In this document: positions 1 through 7,812 of the stretch, one piece after another
Layout of the letters: each line of letters begins with the position of its first letter
How positions within the stretch are numbered: the first letter of the stretch is position 1
Virus record (IMG/VR): IMGVR_UViG_3300031456_000002
Location: 14,381 to 78,380 of that record
Length of the DNA: 64,000 bases
Direction: 5' to 3' (one strand)
DNA from: a virus
The notes under the pieces: model-generated
What the model saw: the letters and a program-made list of their open reading frames with translations, nothing else
Database searches by the model: none
What the model was told of the DNA's origin: nothing
Program-made: the position numbers and the translations under genes

Positions 1-229
1 AAGCTCTTGCTGACTATGCAGGTGAAAAGGAGGGTGCGGATGGATAAAAGGATTAAACATGGCAGAACCAGGCCGAAATTTAATAGTAAGCGTTGGTGGC
101 AATATTATAAGGATGGAAATGTCGGATGCGGTAAATGTGCCATCTGCGGAGTAGTGCTACTGAATCCTATGTCTATAATGGAGCATGCCGGTAGAGTATG
201 CGAAAGGAAAACCACTAAACAGTTAAAAG

Positions 230-733
230 ATGAATAACCTATTCGATATAAAAGAATCCAGCGGTGCCGATTTCAGTGAATGCGGGAAGTATCGGTATGT
301 CCTATGGCGTTTATGGGATAAGGAATTACCTAAAGTTATGTTCATCGGCCTTAATCCCTCTACTGCTAATGAAACAACTGATGATGCTACAATACGTAGA
401 GTAAAATCTATAGCTAAAAACTTAGGGTACGGAGGCGTTTATATGACCAATTGCTTTGCTTATATCAGCACCGATCCCAAATTGTTGAAAATAAACCCAA
501 TGTCCAAAGAGTGGAATGACAACGTTCTAGCTATAACAGCTTCGAAGTGCGCGGATGTTATTTTTGCTTGGGGAAATTTCGATATAGTAAAATCAACCGG
601 TAGAGATTTAGAATTAATTGAAATGTTTCCACGAGCAAAAGCGCTTCATATCAATAAGAATGGGTCACCTAAGCACCCGCTGTATGTGTCGGGCAATGTG
701 GTATCGGTAGTTTTTAACCCACTCAAACAATAA
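230..733 (+). CDS. DUF1643-family protein
   Basis: Motifs GKYRYVLWRLWD, FIGLNPSTA, DDATIRR, AWG and PKHPLY match the family as I recall it. Confidence 0.85.
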   Translation: MNNLFDIKESSGADFSECGKYRYVLWRLWDKELPKVMFIGLNPSTANETTDDATIRRVKSIAKNLGYGGVYMTNCFAYISTDPKLLKINPMSKEWNDNVLAITASKCADVIFAWGNFDIVKSTGRDLELIEMFPRAKALHINKNGSPKHPLYVSGNVVSVVFNPLKQ

Positions 734-757
734 ACATGGTATTATCACCCGAACTTA

Positions 758-979
758 TTGAACATGCAAAAAAAGGAAGTTGACATTAAGCAATACTTTT
801 TGCCATCTGAAACTTGCATCCCAAAGCACCTTTTATTTAAAGAGTTTACGGAAGGGACGAAATGGGAGCGACTACCGAAGATTATCTTCTATATCCTAAT
901 GGATGAATTATCTGAAACCTCTATCGGAAAAGCCGCAAACGGCGACCTTGGATATTTTCTTGAACTAAAAAAACAATAA
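758..979 (+). CDS. hypothetical protein (start uncertain: ATG 764, or ATG 736 with a frameshift in an A7 run)
   Basis: ORF track; packs directly after the DUF1643 gene. Confidence 0.5.
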   Translation: MNMQKKEVDIKQYFLPSETCIPKHLLFKEFTEGTKWERLPKIIFYILMDELSETSIGKAANGDLGYFLELKKQ

Positions 980-1001
980 ACATATAAAAGAAATACCCGA
1001 T

Positions 1002-1035
1002 AAAAAAAATAGGTAGCAAGTTGTATGCTACCTAT
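1002..1035 (-). terminator. intrinsic terminator between convergent gene blocks
   Basis: Stem ATAGGTAGCA/TGCTACCTAT with an A-run on + (U-run on the - transcript). Confidence 0.7.
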
Positions 1036-1107
1036 CTCCCGAATTATAACCCTATAAAGATGTAGAAGTATAAGGATAAATTATTTCTTCATGCGTATAT
1101 ATTCGTT

Positions 1108-1404
1108 TTACCAGTTATTATAGAATCTTAGTTTAGTTACTCCTTTAGGTAGTTTTGTTAGGTCTAATTCAAAACCTTCACTGGATTCGTCTGACCAGTT
1201 ATTATAATGTTCGCCTTCCTTTAGTGCTACAGACAGCTTTTCATCCAATAAATATCTTTGTGGGAAATCGTCGCCAAAATATTCAGCCGTTTCTTTAGGA
1301 AGCGTTACTTCATTTTTAGCGCATACTTCCAGGATTTCCTTATGCTTTATATATTCTGAATCTGTATCAGGAATAAATGCTTCAATATGTGTTGACATTC
1401 CCAT
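1108..1404 (-). CDS. hypothetical protein
   Basis: Last gene of a tightly packed minus-strand operon (2338 to 1108). Confidence 0.7.
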   Translation of the reverse strand: MGMSTHIEAFIPDTDSEYIKHKEILEVCAKNEVTLPKETAEYFGDDFPQRYLLDEKLSVALKEGEHYNNWSDESSEGFELDLTKLPKGVTKLRFYNNW

Positions 1405-1410
1405 AGTTAA

Positions 1411-1632
1411 TTATTTTAGTGGTTTAATATCAGTGACTTCTCTGGTTCTTACATCAAAGCGTCCGCAGTATTTTGCATTTCTTGTATTCCATCCTCTTTT
1501 TATGCCAAAACACCAATAGATATGTGGATTGCTCTTGTTGGCTGGTATGATATCCGGACTTATAGCATCGCCTACAAACCAATTGAAGGTTTCTCCGGAA
1601 TATTCCATAATATGATTTGCTGGTAGAATCAT
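1411..1632 (-). CDS. hypothetical protein
   Basis: ATGA overlap with upstream gene. Confidence 0.65.
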   Translation of the reverse strand: MILPANHIMEYSGETFNWFVGDAISPDIIPANKSNPHIYWCFGIKRGWNTRNAKYCGRFDVRTREVTDIKPLK

Positions 1633-1838
1633 TTCTGTAGTTGTTTTAATTGTTCTTTATATTCTTGGATAGCGGCATTATGGTTTTCTATTTCATCTTT
1701 AATAGCAGTCTTATATTCTTCTGGGAAATCCTCATCCGCAAGCGCCGATTCATCTGTATAAATAATCAAGGCTCTTTCTGCTATTTTAGTTTCAAGCACA
1801 AGGATTTGTTCTTCCTTAGTTAATATTCTTTCTTTCAT
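1629..1838 (-). CDS. hypothetical coiled-coil protein
   Basis: ATGA overlaps on both sides. Confidence 0.7.
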   Translation of the reverse strand: MKERILTKEEQILVLETKIAERALIIYTDESALADEDFPEEYKTAIKDEIENHNAAIQEYKEQLKQLQK

Positions 1839-2338
1839 TTTATATCAGTTTCGTTTTTTATGTATTGTAAAAGTATATCCGGGATATATTTTCGTTCTTT
1901 CGGTGCTATATCAGGGTACATAGCAACAAACTTGTCTATTATCTCATTAAAGCAGTGTAATTCAATAATATCCAAGGTCTTGTTATCAAAATTAGTGTGG
2001 TGTGACTTATTCCAGAAGCATAATTCTATCCAGTTTAAAGGATGGCATTTAACGGACTTGAATAAATTCTTTGGTAGAATATGAGCAATAGAGAACTTGA
2101 AATATTTGTCATTATTCCTACAGGATGGATCGCCACAATGAGCGCACCATCCGGTCATTTCAATTCTTCTAGCTTCAAACCATCTATCCATTTCGCCGCC
2201 GCCAGCCAAACGAATTACTTTCTCTTCCTTTAGTTGTTCTTTCTTCTTAGCCGATACCTTGGGTATGCGGTATGGTGTCTTATTTTTTGGCAGTTTGGCT
2301 TCTGCTTTAATACGTCTAATGTTATCTGCCGCATCCAT
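1835..2338 (-). CDS. HNH-like/Zn-binding nuclease (NinG/Rap-like recombination nuclease candidate)
   Basis: CAHCG...AHILPK...NWIELC...HHTNFD pattern. Confidence 0.55.
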   Translation of the reverse strand: MDAADNIRRIKAEAKLPKNKTPYRIPKVSAKKKEQLKEEKVIRLAGGGEMDRWFEARRIEMTGWCAHCGDPSCRNNDKYFKFSIAHILPKNLFKSVKCHPLNWIELCFWNKSHHTNFDNKTLDIIELHCFNEIIDKFVAMYPDIAPKERKYIPDILLQYIKNETDIK

Positions 2339-2380
2339 GATTCAAAGTAAAGAAGAATTAAATTAATTTCAAAATTATTT

Positions 2381-2411
2381 TTTGATTTTAAAATAAACAT
2401 TTCTACATTTG
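2381..2411 (+). promoter_or_regulatory. Bacteroidota primary-sigma promoter
   Basis: TTTG(2381-2384)-N19-TACATTTG(2404-2411); ATG follows at 2416. Confidence 0.8.
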
Positions 2412-2415
2412 ATGA

Positions 2416-2583
2416 ATGGAAGCAAAAAAAGAGACACGTGGCAGAAAGCCATTAAAAGATAAAAAAGAGCTGGTCAGGGTTTATTTACGTCAGTCTGAAA
2501 TTAAAAAGCTAGGCGGCACTAAAAAGGCAGCATCGAAACTACATACTCTCGCTATGCTTGAATTGATTAAAAATGAGGCATAA
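2416..2583 (+). CDS. small DNA-binding protein (RGRKP hook plus ribbon-helix-helix-like), 55 aa, not in ORF track
   Basis: MEAKKETRGRKPLKDKKELVRVYLRQSEIKKLGG...; directly after the promoter; stop abuts next ATG. Confidence 0.65.
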   Translation: MEAKKETRGRKPLKDKKELVRVYLRQSEIKKLGGTKKAASKLHTLAMLELIKNEA

Positions 2584-2849
2584 TGGTAAAGCCACCGACT
2601 AAATGGAAGTATATAACCATTGAATTAGAAATTGACGGGGTGATAGTGTCTTATAAAGTGGCCTCCCATGTAACGTTTGATAAGATGTACCAAAATATAC
2701 TCTATGAAGGACAAACACAAAGACTCCCATGGGCTATTTTTATATTGAGATCGTATTATAGAAAGCCACGGATAATAAACAGCGGGTTCTGGCAGGATAG
2801 GGATAGAAATGGCAGATTCATGAAAGTAAAATATTCTGAAAAAATTTAA
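2583..2849 (+). CDS. hypothetical protein
   Basis: TAATG overlap with upstream gene. Confidence 0.6.
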   Translation: MVKPPTKWKYITIELEIDGVIVSYKVASHVTFDKMYQNILYEGQTQRLPWAIFILRSYYRKPRIINSGFWQDRDRNGRFMKVKYSEKI

Positions 2850-2859
2850 CCCCATTCCC

Positions 2860-3075
2860 ATGCGCAAAATGAAAGACCTAGACCTATTATCCATTGAACA
2901 GGTAATTAGATTGCCTTTCTTTTATTCATTGGAAAAAGATGGGAACAGAACGAAGATGTGGAAGATAACATTTAGATGCAATAAAGCGCTTTCTGATGGT
3001 AGATGGCAATTACTCGATGAAATATCCAATAACGAATACATAGTAAGATATAAAATCATTGACTTTAATAACTAA
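2860..3075 (+). CDS. hypothetical protein
   Basis: Operon packing. Confidence 0.6.
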   Translation: MRKMKDLDLLSIEQVIRLPFFYSLEKDGNRTKMWKITFRCNKALSDGRWQLLDEISNNEYIVRYKIIDFNN

Positions 3076-3083
3076 TACTTTTT

Positions 3084-3296
3084 ATGGCTATATTAAGCTG
3101 GGAGCAAATTGATCATGGAATGGGCTTTCAAATGCAACGAACTAAAATATTTGGTGGGTGGCTTGTAACTACTATAGATGAAGTCAGAAGCCCTATTTAT
3201 ACTGGGTACAACCAGCCGGAGTACAAAGAAGGTTACGAATGGCGTACATCAATTACATATGTCCACGATCCAAACCATGATTGGAAGCTAGATTAA
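3084..3296 (+). CDS. hypothetical protein
   Basis: Operon packing; R.KI.GGWLV...YVHDPNHDW pattern typical of small phage proteins. Confidence 0.7.
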   Translation: MAILSWEQIDHGMGFQMQRTKIFGGWLVTTIDEVRSPIYTGYNQPEYKEGYEWRTSITYVHDPNHDWKLD

Positions 3297-3320
3297 TAAC
3301 AACCTATAAATAGTAATACT

Positions 3321-3755
3321 ATGCCAGAACAAGATATAAAAGAGGTTATGGTCAATAATGAATTGATTGGAAGATGGATGGGGGGTAAGCCGGAAATAGA
3401 ATATTGTGTAGGTAATGATACAGGTTCATGTTTTCATCCTAAGCATTGCGGGACTAGTTGGCCCCCGAAACAAAAGCAAGAATGCGAAAAATGGCTATCG
3501 CAATCAGAATGGGCTAAGAGGGAAGGATATGAAGTTAAAAAAGAAGAATGGTGGCCCTGGTATAATCAGGATTGGAATAAACTAATGGAAGCATGGTACA
3601 AATTCAGGGAGTTAAAATTTGATAAAGAAATAGATCAATTCCATCATAGCGGTTTAAAAGGACTTATCTCACATGCAATATGTTATAAGGATATACAGAT
3701 CGCATACGATGAAATCTGCAAAGCAATTAAATGGTATAACTCAATAAATAAATAA
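3321..3755 (+). CDS. hypothetical protein
   Basis: NELIGRWMG...YNQDWNKLM pattern common in Bacteroidota phage accessory proteins. Confidence 0.7.
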   Translation: MPEQDIKEVMVNNELIGRWMGGKPEIEYCVGNDTGSCFHPKHCGTSWPPKQKQECEKWLSQSEWAKREGYEVKKEEWWPWYNQDWNKLMEAWYKFRELKFDKEIDQFHHSGLKGLISHAICYKDIQIAYDEICKAIKWYNSINK

Positions 3756-3759
3756 TACT

Positions 3760-4056
3760 ATGCTAGAATATAAAATTCAAACTAATCAAAGAGGATTCCA
3801 ATTTGCCGAATTTGTAGATAGTTATGGCCATCAATGTAGTATTCAGAAATCATCGGCAGCAACGAGAGATTGTATTTGGTTTGGGATTGACAACCCCAAA
3901 TTAACAATATTCGAAAATGACAGCAAGGGTAAATATATCACAACAGAAATGCCTAAAAACTTCGAAGTGGATAGCAGAATGCACTTGACAGTTGATCAGG
4001 TTAAATTATTGCTTCCTATTTTACAGCATTTCGTAGAAACTGGCGAAATGGTATAA
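3760..4056 (+). CDS. conserved phage hypothetical protein
   Basis: RGF...D.YG..CSIQKSSAA..CIW.G...RMHL...FVETG. Confidence 0.75.
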   Translation: MLEYKIQTNQRGFQFAEFVDSYGHQCSIQKSSAATRDCIWFGIDNPKLTIFENDSKGKYITTEMPKNFEVDSRMHLTVDQVKLLLPILQHFVETGEMV

Positions 4057-4074
4057 CTCTAAACAATTAAATAA

Positions 4075-4368
4075 ATGAACTGGATAATAAATAACGAAAG
4101 GGGACCAGAAAAAGATGGATTTTATTTTACGGAGGATTCGGATGGCTTAAAACGCCTAACTAATTTTATAGGAAACCATTGGCATTCAACTACCGGCAAT
4201 CCCGTGGCAAGATGGGTGGATGAAGAATCTCCTTCCTTTAGTTTAGAAGATATGAAAGCAGTTTGGGATAGCTGTAGTAAACAATGGGAGGATAGATCGG
4301 ATCGCTGCATCCCGGAAAGTTTGTTTTCAAAATTCATGAAGGATAAACATAAAATTGACATTAACTAA
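4075..4368 (+). CDS. hypothetical protein (DUF551-like N-terminus)
   Basis: MNWI....P...G.Y...W....V.RW pattern. Confidence 0.6.
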   Translation: MNWIINNERGPEKDGFYFTEDSDGLKRLTNFIGNHWHSTTGNPVARWVDEESPSFSLEDMKAVWDSCSKQWEDRSDRCIPESLFSKFMKDKHKIDIN

Positions 4369-4379
4369 ATAAAGATACT

Positions 4380-4556
4380 ATGCCTAAAAAGAAAATAGTA
4401 GTCTATATCCCGGTTCATATTGAGTGGGAAACAGAAAAACAAAAGAAATCCCTTATACGTGATCTTGCTGATAAAGGATTTGGTAGATATGGTGGTGGAT
4501 ATAGTTACGAGAAAAAGAAATGCAGAATAAAAGATATTAAAATTGAACCTAAATAA
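4380..4556 (+). CDS. hypothetical 58-aa basic protein, not in ORF track
   Basis: MPKKKIVVYIPVHIEW...IEPK fills the gap between neighbours. Confidence 0.6.
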   Translation: MPKKKIVVYIPVHIEWETEKQKKSLIRDLADKGFGRYGGGYSYEKKKCRIKDIKIEPK

Positions 4557-4562
4557 TGAACT

Positions 4563-4859
4563 ATGAGTGAAGAAAAGATATATGAACTACGTGCCGATGT
4601 ATGGACTCCCGCGATATTTTGTAAAGCTGGCACAAAGAATACTGAAAAGGGATGGATAAAAACATTTGGGGAATTTAATATTCAATGGGCAAGCGAATGG
4701 TTCATTGATTTATCAATACAATAAGAACCAGAAAACATAGATGAATTACGAGAACTTGTAAATAAAGTATTCGAACGAAAGAAATTGCATTCCCTGACGT
4801 ATAAAGATGCGGCGCAAGAGGTCGCCAAATTATGGTTAAAACAAAATCAATCCAAATGA
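4563..4859 (+). pseudogene. hypothetical gene interrupted by one in-frame TAA (4722-4724)
   Basis: Frame stays open for 44 codons after the TAA and ends in an ATGA overlap with the next gene (ATG 4856). Confidence 0.65.
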
Positions 4860-5038
4860 GCAAAGAAAGATGGGAAAGCACCGATGTGTTCATTGCAACC
4901 TGTAACGCCTTTAGCGCACTAGATGAAGGAAAGAAGGAGTTGGGTCATAAACATAGGCTTGACCCTTCCCTTGAAGACATTAATACGCTACAGGACTTGC
5001 TTATTATGCAGGGTTATTCAATTCAAAAGATAAAATAA
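4856..5038 (+). CDS. hypothetical protein
   Basis: ATGA overlap upstream, TAATG overlap downstream. Confidence 0.6.
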   Translation: MSKERWESTDVFIATCNAFSALDEGKKELGHKHRLDPSLEDINTLQDLLIMQGYSIQKIK

Positions 5039-5385
5039 TGAATGCTACTACAGCAATAGGACTAGCCTTTCTGCGAGGCGATGTTCTTACAATTAAGACA
5101 GCTTTCAGAGACTACGGGGTAAGTAATCTGCCCAGGGAGGCGAGCAGATGCATTGAAAAAAAATTCGGACTGAAGCTGGCAAAAGTTAAGAAAACTGGTA
5201 AAAGCAGATTCGGTATTCCCTGTTATTGGAATGAATACCGTTTACCGGATACTTTATACAACAAACCAGGCCGTGCCAAATTAATCGACTACTGTCAGAA
5301 GCATATAGGATCTATGACCACTTGCAAAACAGAAAAGGAACGTACGGTATTTGTTCAGCAATCTCTATTTCTTGAAACATTATAA
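5038..5385 (+). CDS. putative winged-HTH protein
   Basis: FLRGDVLTIKTAFRDYGVSNLPRE...EYRL resembles phage wHTH proteins. Confidence 0.5.
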   Translation: MNATTAIGLAFLRGDVLTIKTAFRDYGVSNLPREASRCIEKKFGLKLAKVKKTGKSRFGIPCYWNEYRLPDTLYNKPGRAKLIDYCQKHIGSMTTCKTEKERTVFVQQSLFLETL

Positions 5386-5396
5386 GTAAATTTATT

Positions 5397-5816
5397 ATGA
5401 TTATACAAAGGGATTTAAACGACTTAACTAAAGAAGAATTTGACCAAGTCCCGCTGGTTGAATGGCGGGATAATGTAACAGATTTTGATTCATTGATTAT
5501 TGTCCCGACTGATCAAATTCATGATAGCGGATTTAAGTGTATGTATTTTATCGCATGTAAAGGAGACGAACCAATATGTAGAATATCTGGATGTAGTGAT
5601 GTTATCCATATAAACGGTATAGGCGGATATGGACTTGGTGGCATTCGTAAGCATATGGAACAGCCCAGGTTCCCCACTGATTGGTCAATTGATTGCTTGA
5701 AAACAAGTGGCCTACTGAGATTATTTACATCCGGCAAGTTACAATCTGGTACTGCACTTTCTTCATTTGAAATATTTTCCGTACCAAAAATAGATTCACC
5801 CACACTACCTAAATAA
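5397..5816 (+). CDS. hypothetical protein
   Basis: 139-aa ORF in operon. Confidence 0.75.
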   Translation: MIIQRDLNDLTKEEFDQVPLVEWRDNVTDFDSLIIVPTDQIHDSGFKCMYFIACKGDEPICRISGCSDVIHINGIGGYGLGGIRKHMEQPRFPTDWSIDCLKTSGLLRLFTSGKLQSGTALSSFEIFSVPKIDSPTLPK

Positions 5817-5825
5817 ATTAATGTT

Positions 5826-6098
5826 ATGCAAATAAAAGGATTAATGAGGCTTTTCAGAGTTGATACGGGGACACCAGATGCAGGAGCAGGATATATTTCT
5901 TTTGGCAGCAGTAATAAACAATACTTCGTTGTTGCAAATGGCTATCAAGATGCAGTAGATAAGGCAATAAATTTTATCCTAAATTTTAATCATGAAAAAA
6001 GTGTCGTAGATTCAGACGGTAGCCTATCGCAATATGCATCAACGGGGGAAATTCAGATAAAATCCGTCCATTTAGTTACAGAAGAATTGATATACTAA
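5826..6098 (+). CDS. hypothetical protein
   Basis: Operon packing. Confidence 0.7.
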   Translation: MQIKGLMRLFRVDTGTPDAGAGYISFGSSNKQYFVVANGYQDAVDKAINFILNFNHEKSVVDSDGSLSQYASTGEIQIKSVHLVTEELIY

Positions 6099-6221
6099 TC
6101 CCGCGAAATAATTTTTGAAAAACCAAAGTACAATAACCCAGTACCATTCAATTTCCTATTTTATAAAATATATTTGGTAGGGTAATTAATACGGATTATT
6201 ATTGTGGAATAAATAACCTTA

Positions 6222-6413
6222 ATGAGGAAATACAGAACGAAGCATATTTCTATTCTCAAGGAGGAATATGATAAATACATGGACGCCTTAACCCAGGCAG
6301 ACTATAACAAAAGCAAAGCCGCAAAGTTGCTTCATATAGATCGAAAGACCTTCTATAACAAGTTTCGAAAGTTTAAAGAAGCTGGATTGCATCCAACTAA
6401 ACAGATAGCATAA
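6222..6413 (+). CDS. Fis-type HTH regulator
   Basis: ALTQADYNKSKAAKLLHIDRKTFYNK matches the HTH_8 signature. Confidence 0.85.
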   Translation: MRKYRTKHISILKEEYDKYMDALTQADYNKSKAAKLLHIDRKTFYNKFRKFKEAGLHPTKQIA

Positions 6414-6444
6414 CCCTATTTTTAGACAGATTCAATCCTGTACA

Positions 6445-6870
6445 ATGGCAAGTAGGTTAACTTTAACTCGTAGAGAAAAACGTTCTGTTATCGATAAAAA
6501 TCCGTTCTGTGTTTATTGTGGAAACAATGAATATGATGGATTGGTCCTGGAACATATATATCCATTTTCATTAGGGGGAAGCAATAGCTTAAATAACATT
6601 ACAATATCATGCGGGAAGTGTAATTCCCATAAACACAATTACACTATCAATGAGTTTATTAATGTGATTATTCGGAAGCGGAATAGTATACTAAATGAAA
6701 CATACAAACACATTCACAATCTCAGGAGTTTAAGGGCCGGCTGCCCCTTACATTATCAGCATAGCGAGTATTCTATTTGCAAGAAAATCAAAAAGGCTAG
6801 GTTTTACCATTCTTATTATACTCGTATTATATCGGCTATTAATAAAAATAAGTATCAAATATTTAATTAA
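6445..6870 (+). CDS. HNH endonuclease
   Basis: CVYCG...EHIYPFSLGGSN...N....CGKCNSHK. Confidence 0.9.
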   Translation: MASRLTLTRREKRSVIDKNPFCVYCGNNEYDGLVLEHIYPFSLGGSNSLNNITISCGKCNSHKHNYTINEFINVIIRKRNSILNETYKHIHNLRSLRAGCPLHYQHSEYSICKKIKKARFYHSYYTRIISAINKNKYQIFN

Positions 6871-7409
6871 TGGCAAAAAGATTCTCCGATACCGAAATAT
6901 GGTCAGAAGATTGGTTCCTTGAAATGCCGAATGAGTATAAGTTGTTTTGGTTTTATATGCTATCCAATTGCGATCATGCTGGTCTTTTTAAAGTAAACTT
7001 GAGGTCTTTTAGTAGTCTTTTAGAGGTCAAATTGACCACAACCGAGGCTCTAAGGCTATTCAATTCTGGCAAAGATCGAATCAGGATTATTAATCCATCA
7101 CTTTGGTTTGTCGAGGATTTCTTTGTATATCAATATGGGCCGACATTCAATACCAACAACAGACTCCATGAGAGCATAGAGAAGATATATGACAAGTATG
7201 GCATTGAATTGACCTCAATTAGAGGTGTTTTAGACCTCAAGCATGGGGTCAAGGATAAGGATAAGGATAAGGATAAGGATAGTTTAACTGAACCAAAAAC
7301 CAAAAAACAAAAATATATCAATGGAACCGAACCCGTCAACAATTTTAAGGCACAATCGGAAAATCTATTTGCTGGCCGAATGGCCAAAAGAAAAAATGAA
7401 ACTGACTGA
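6870..7409 (+). CDS. phage replication initiator / replisome organiser
   Basis: MAKRFSDTEIW..DWF...KLFWFYML..CDHAG N-terminus; KDKDKDKDKD linker; internal iteron-like repeats; upstream of primase-helicase. Confidence 0.7.
   Translation: MAKRFSDTEIWSEDWFLEMPNEYKLFWFYMLSNCDHAGLFKVNLRSFSSLLEVKLTTTEALRLFNSGKDRIRIINPSLWFVEDFFVYQYGPTFNTNNRLHESIEKIYDKYGIELTSIRGVLDLKHGVKDKDKDKDKDSLTEPKTKKQKYINGTEPVNNFKAQSENLFAGRMAKRKNETD
7251..7280 (+). repeat. (AAGGAT)x5 tandem repeat encoding a KD linker
   Basis: Direct reading of sequence. Confidence 0.95.
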
Positions 7410-7812
7410 GTTAGAAAAACTAATAATTGAAGCCCGGTTAGATGGGCAAAGTTTTTCATTAATGGATGAAGTAAACCAAAGGCATAGTTGTGATCAGATT
7501 ATGTTAAAGGGGGCTGCTATAAGTGGTTGTTCGCTTCCGCAAACCGATTTCTTTGCGGAAATTATTTCTAATCAAATATGTGAATTTATTGTCAAATTCG
7601 GGTATGGTGAATTGACTTTGAATGAGATTATTCTTGCACTTCAAATGAATGCTAAAATAGGCTTGCGTTATCCTTCGGGCGCGGAAGTAGAACAAAGCGT
7701 ATTCATTGGCAATTGTTTTCATGTAGATTTCTTGGGAAAGGTGTTGTATAACTACATGTCACTTAGGAATTTATTAGATAATAAATTCAAAAACGTAATT
7801 GACGGATATTAA
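7396..7812 (+). CDS. hypothetical replication protein (possible helicase loader)
   Basis: Lies between initiator and primase-helicase; F.VDFLGKVL.NY motif. Confidence 0.55.
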   Translation: MKLTELEKLIIEARLDGQSFSLMDEVNQRHSCDQIMLKGAAISGCSLPQTDFFAEIISNQICEFIVKFGYGELTLNEIILALQMNAKIGLRYPSGAEVEQSVFIGNCFHVDFLGKVLYNYMSLRNLLDNKFKNVIDGY

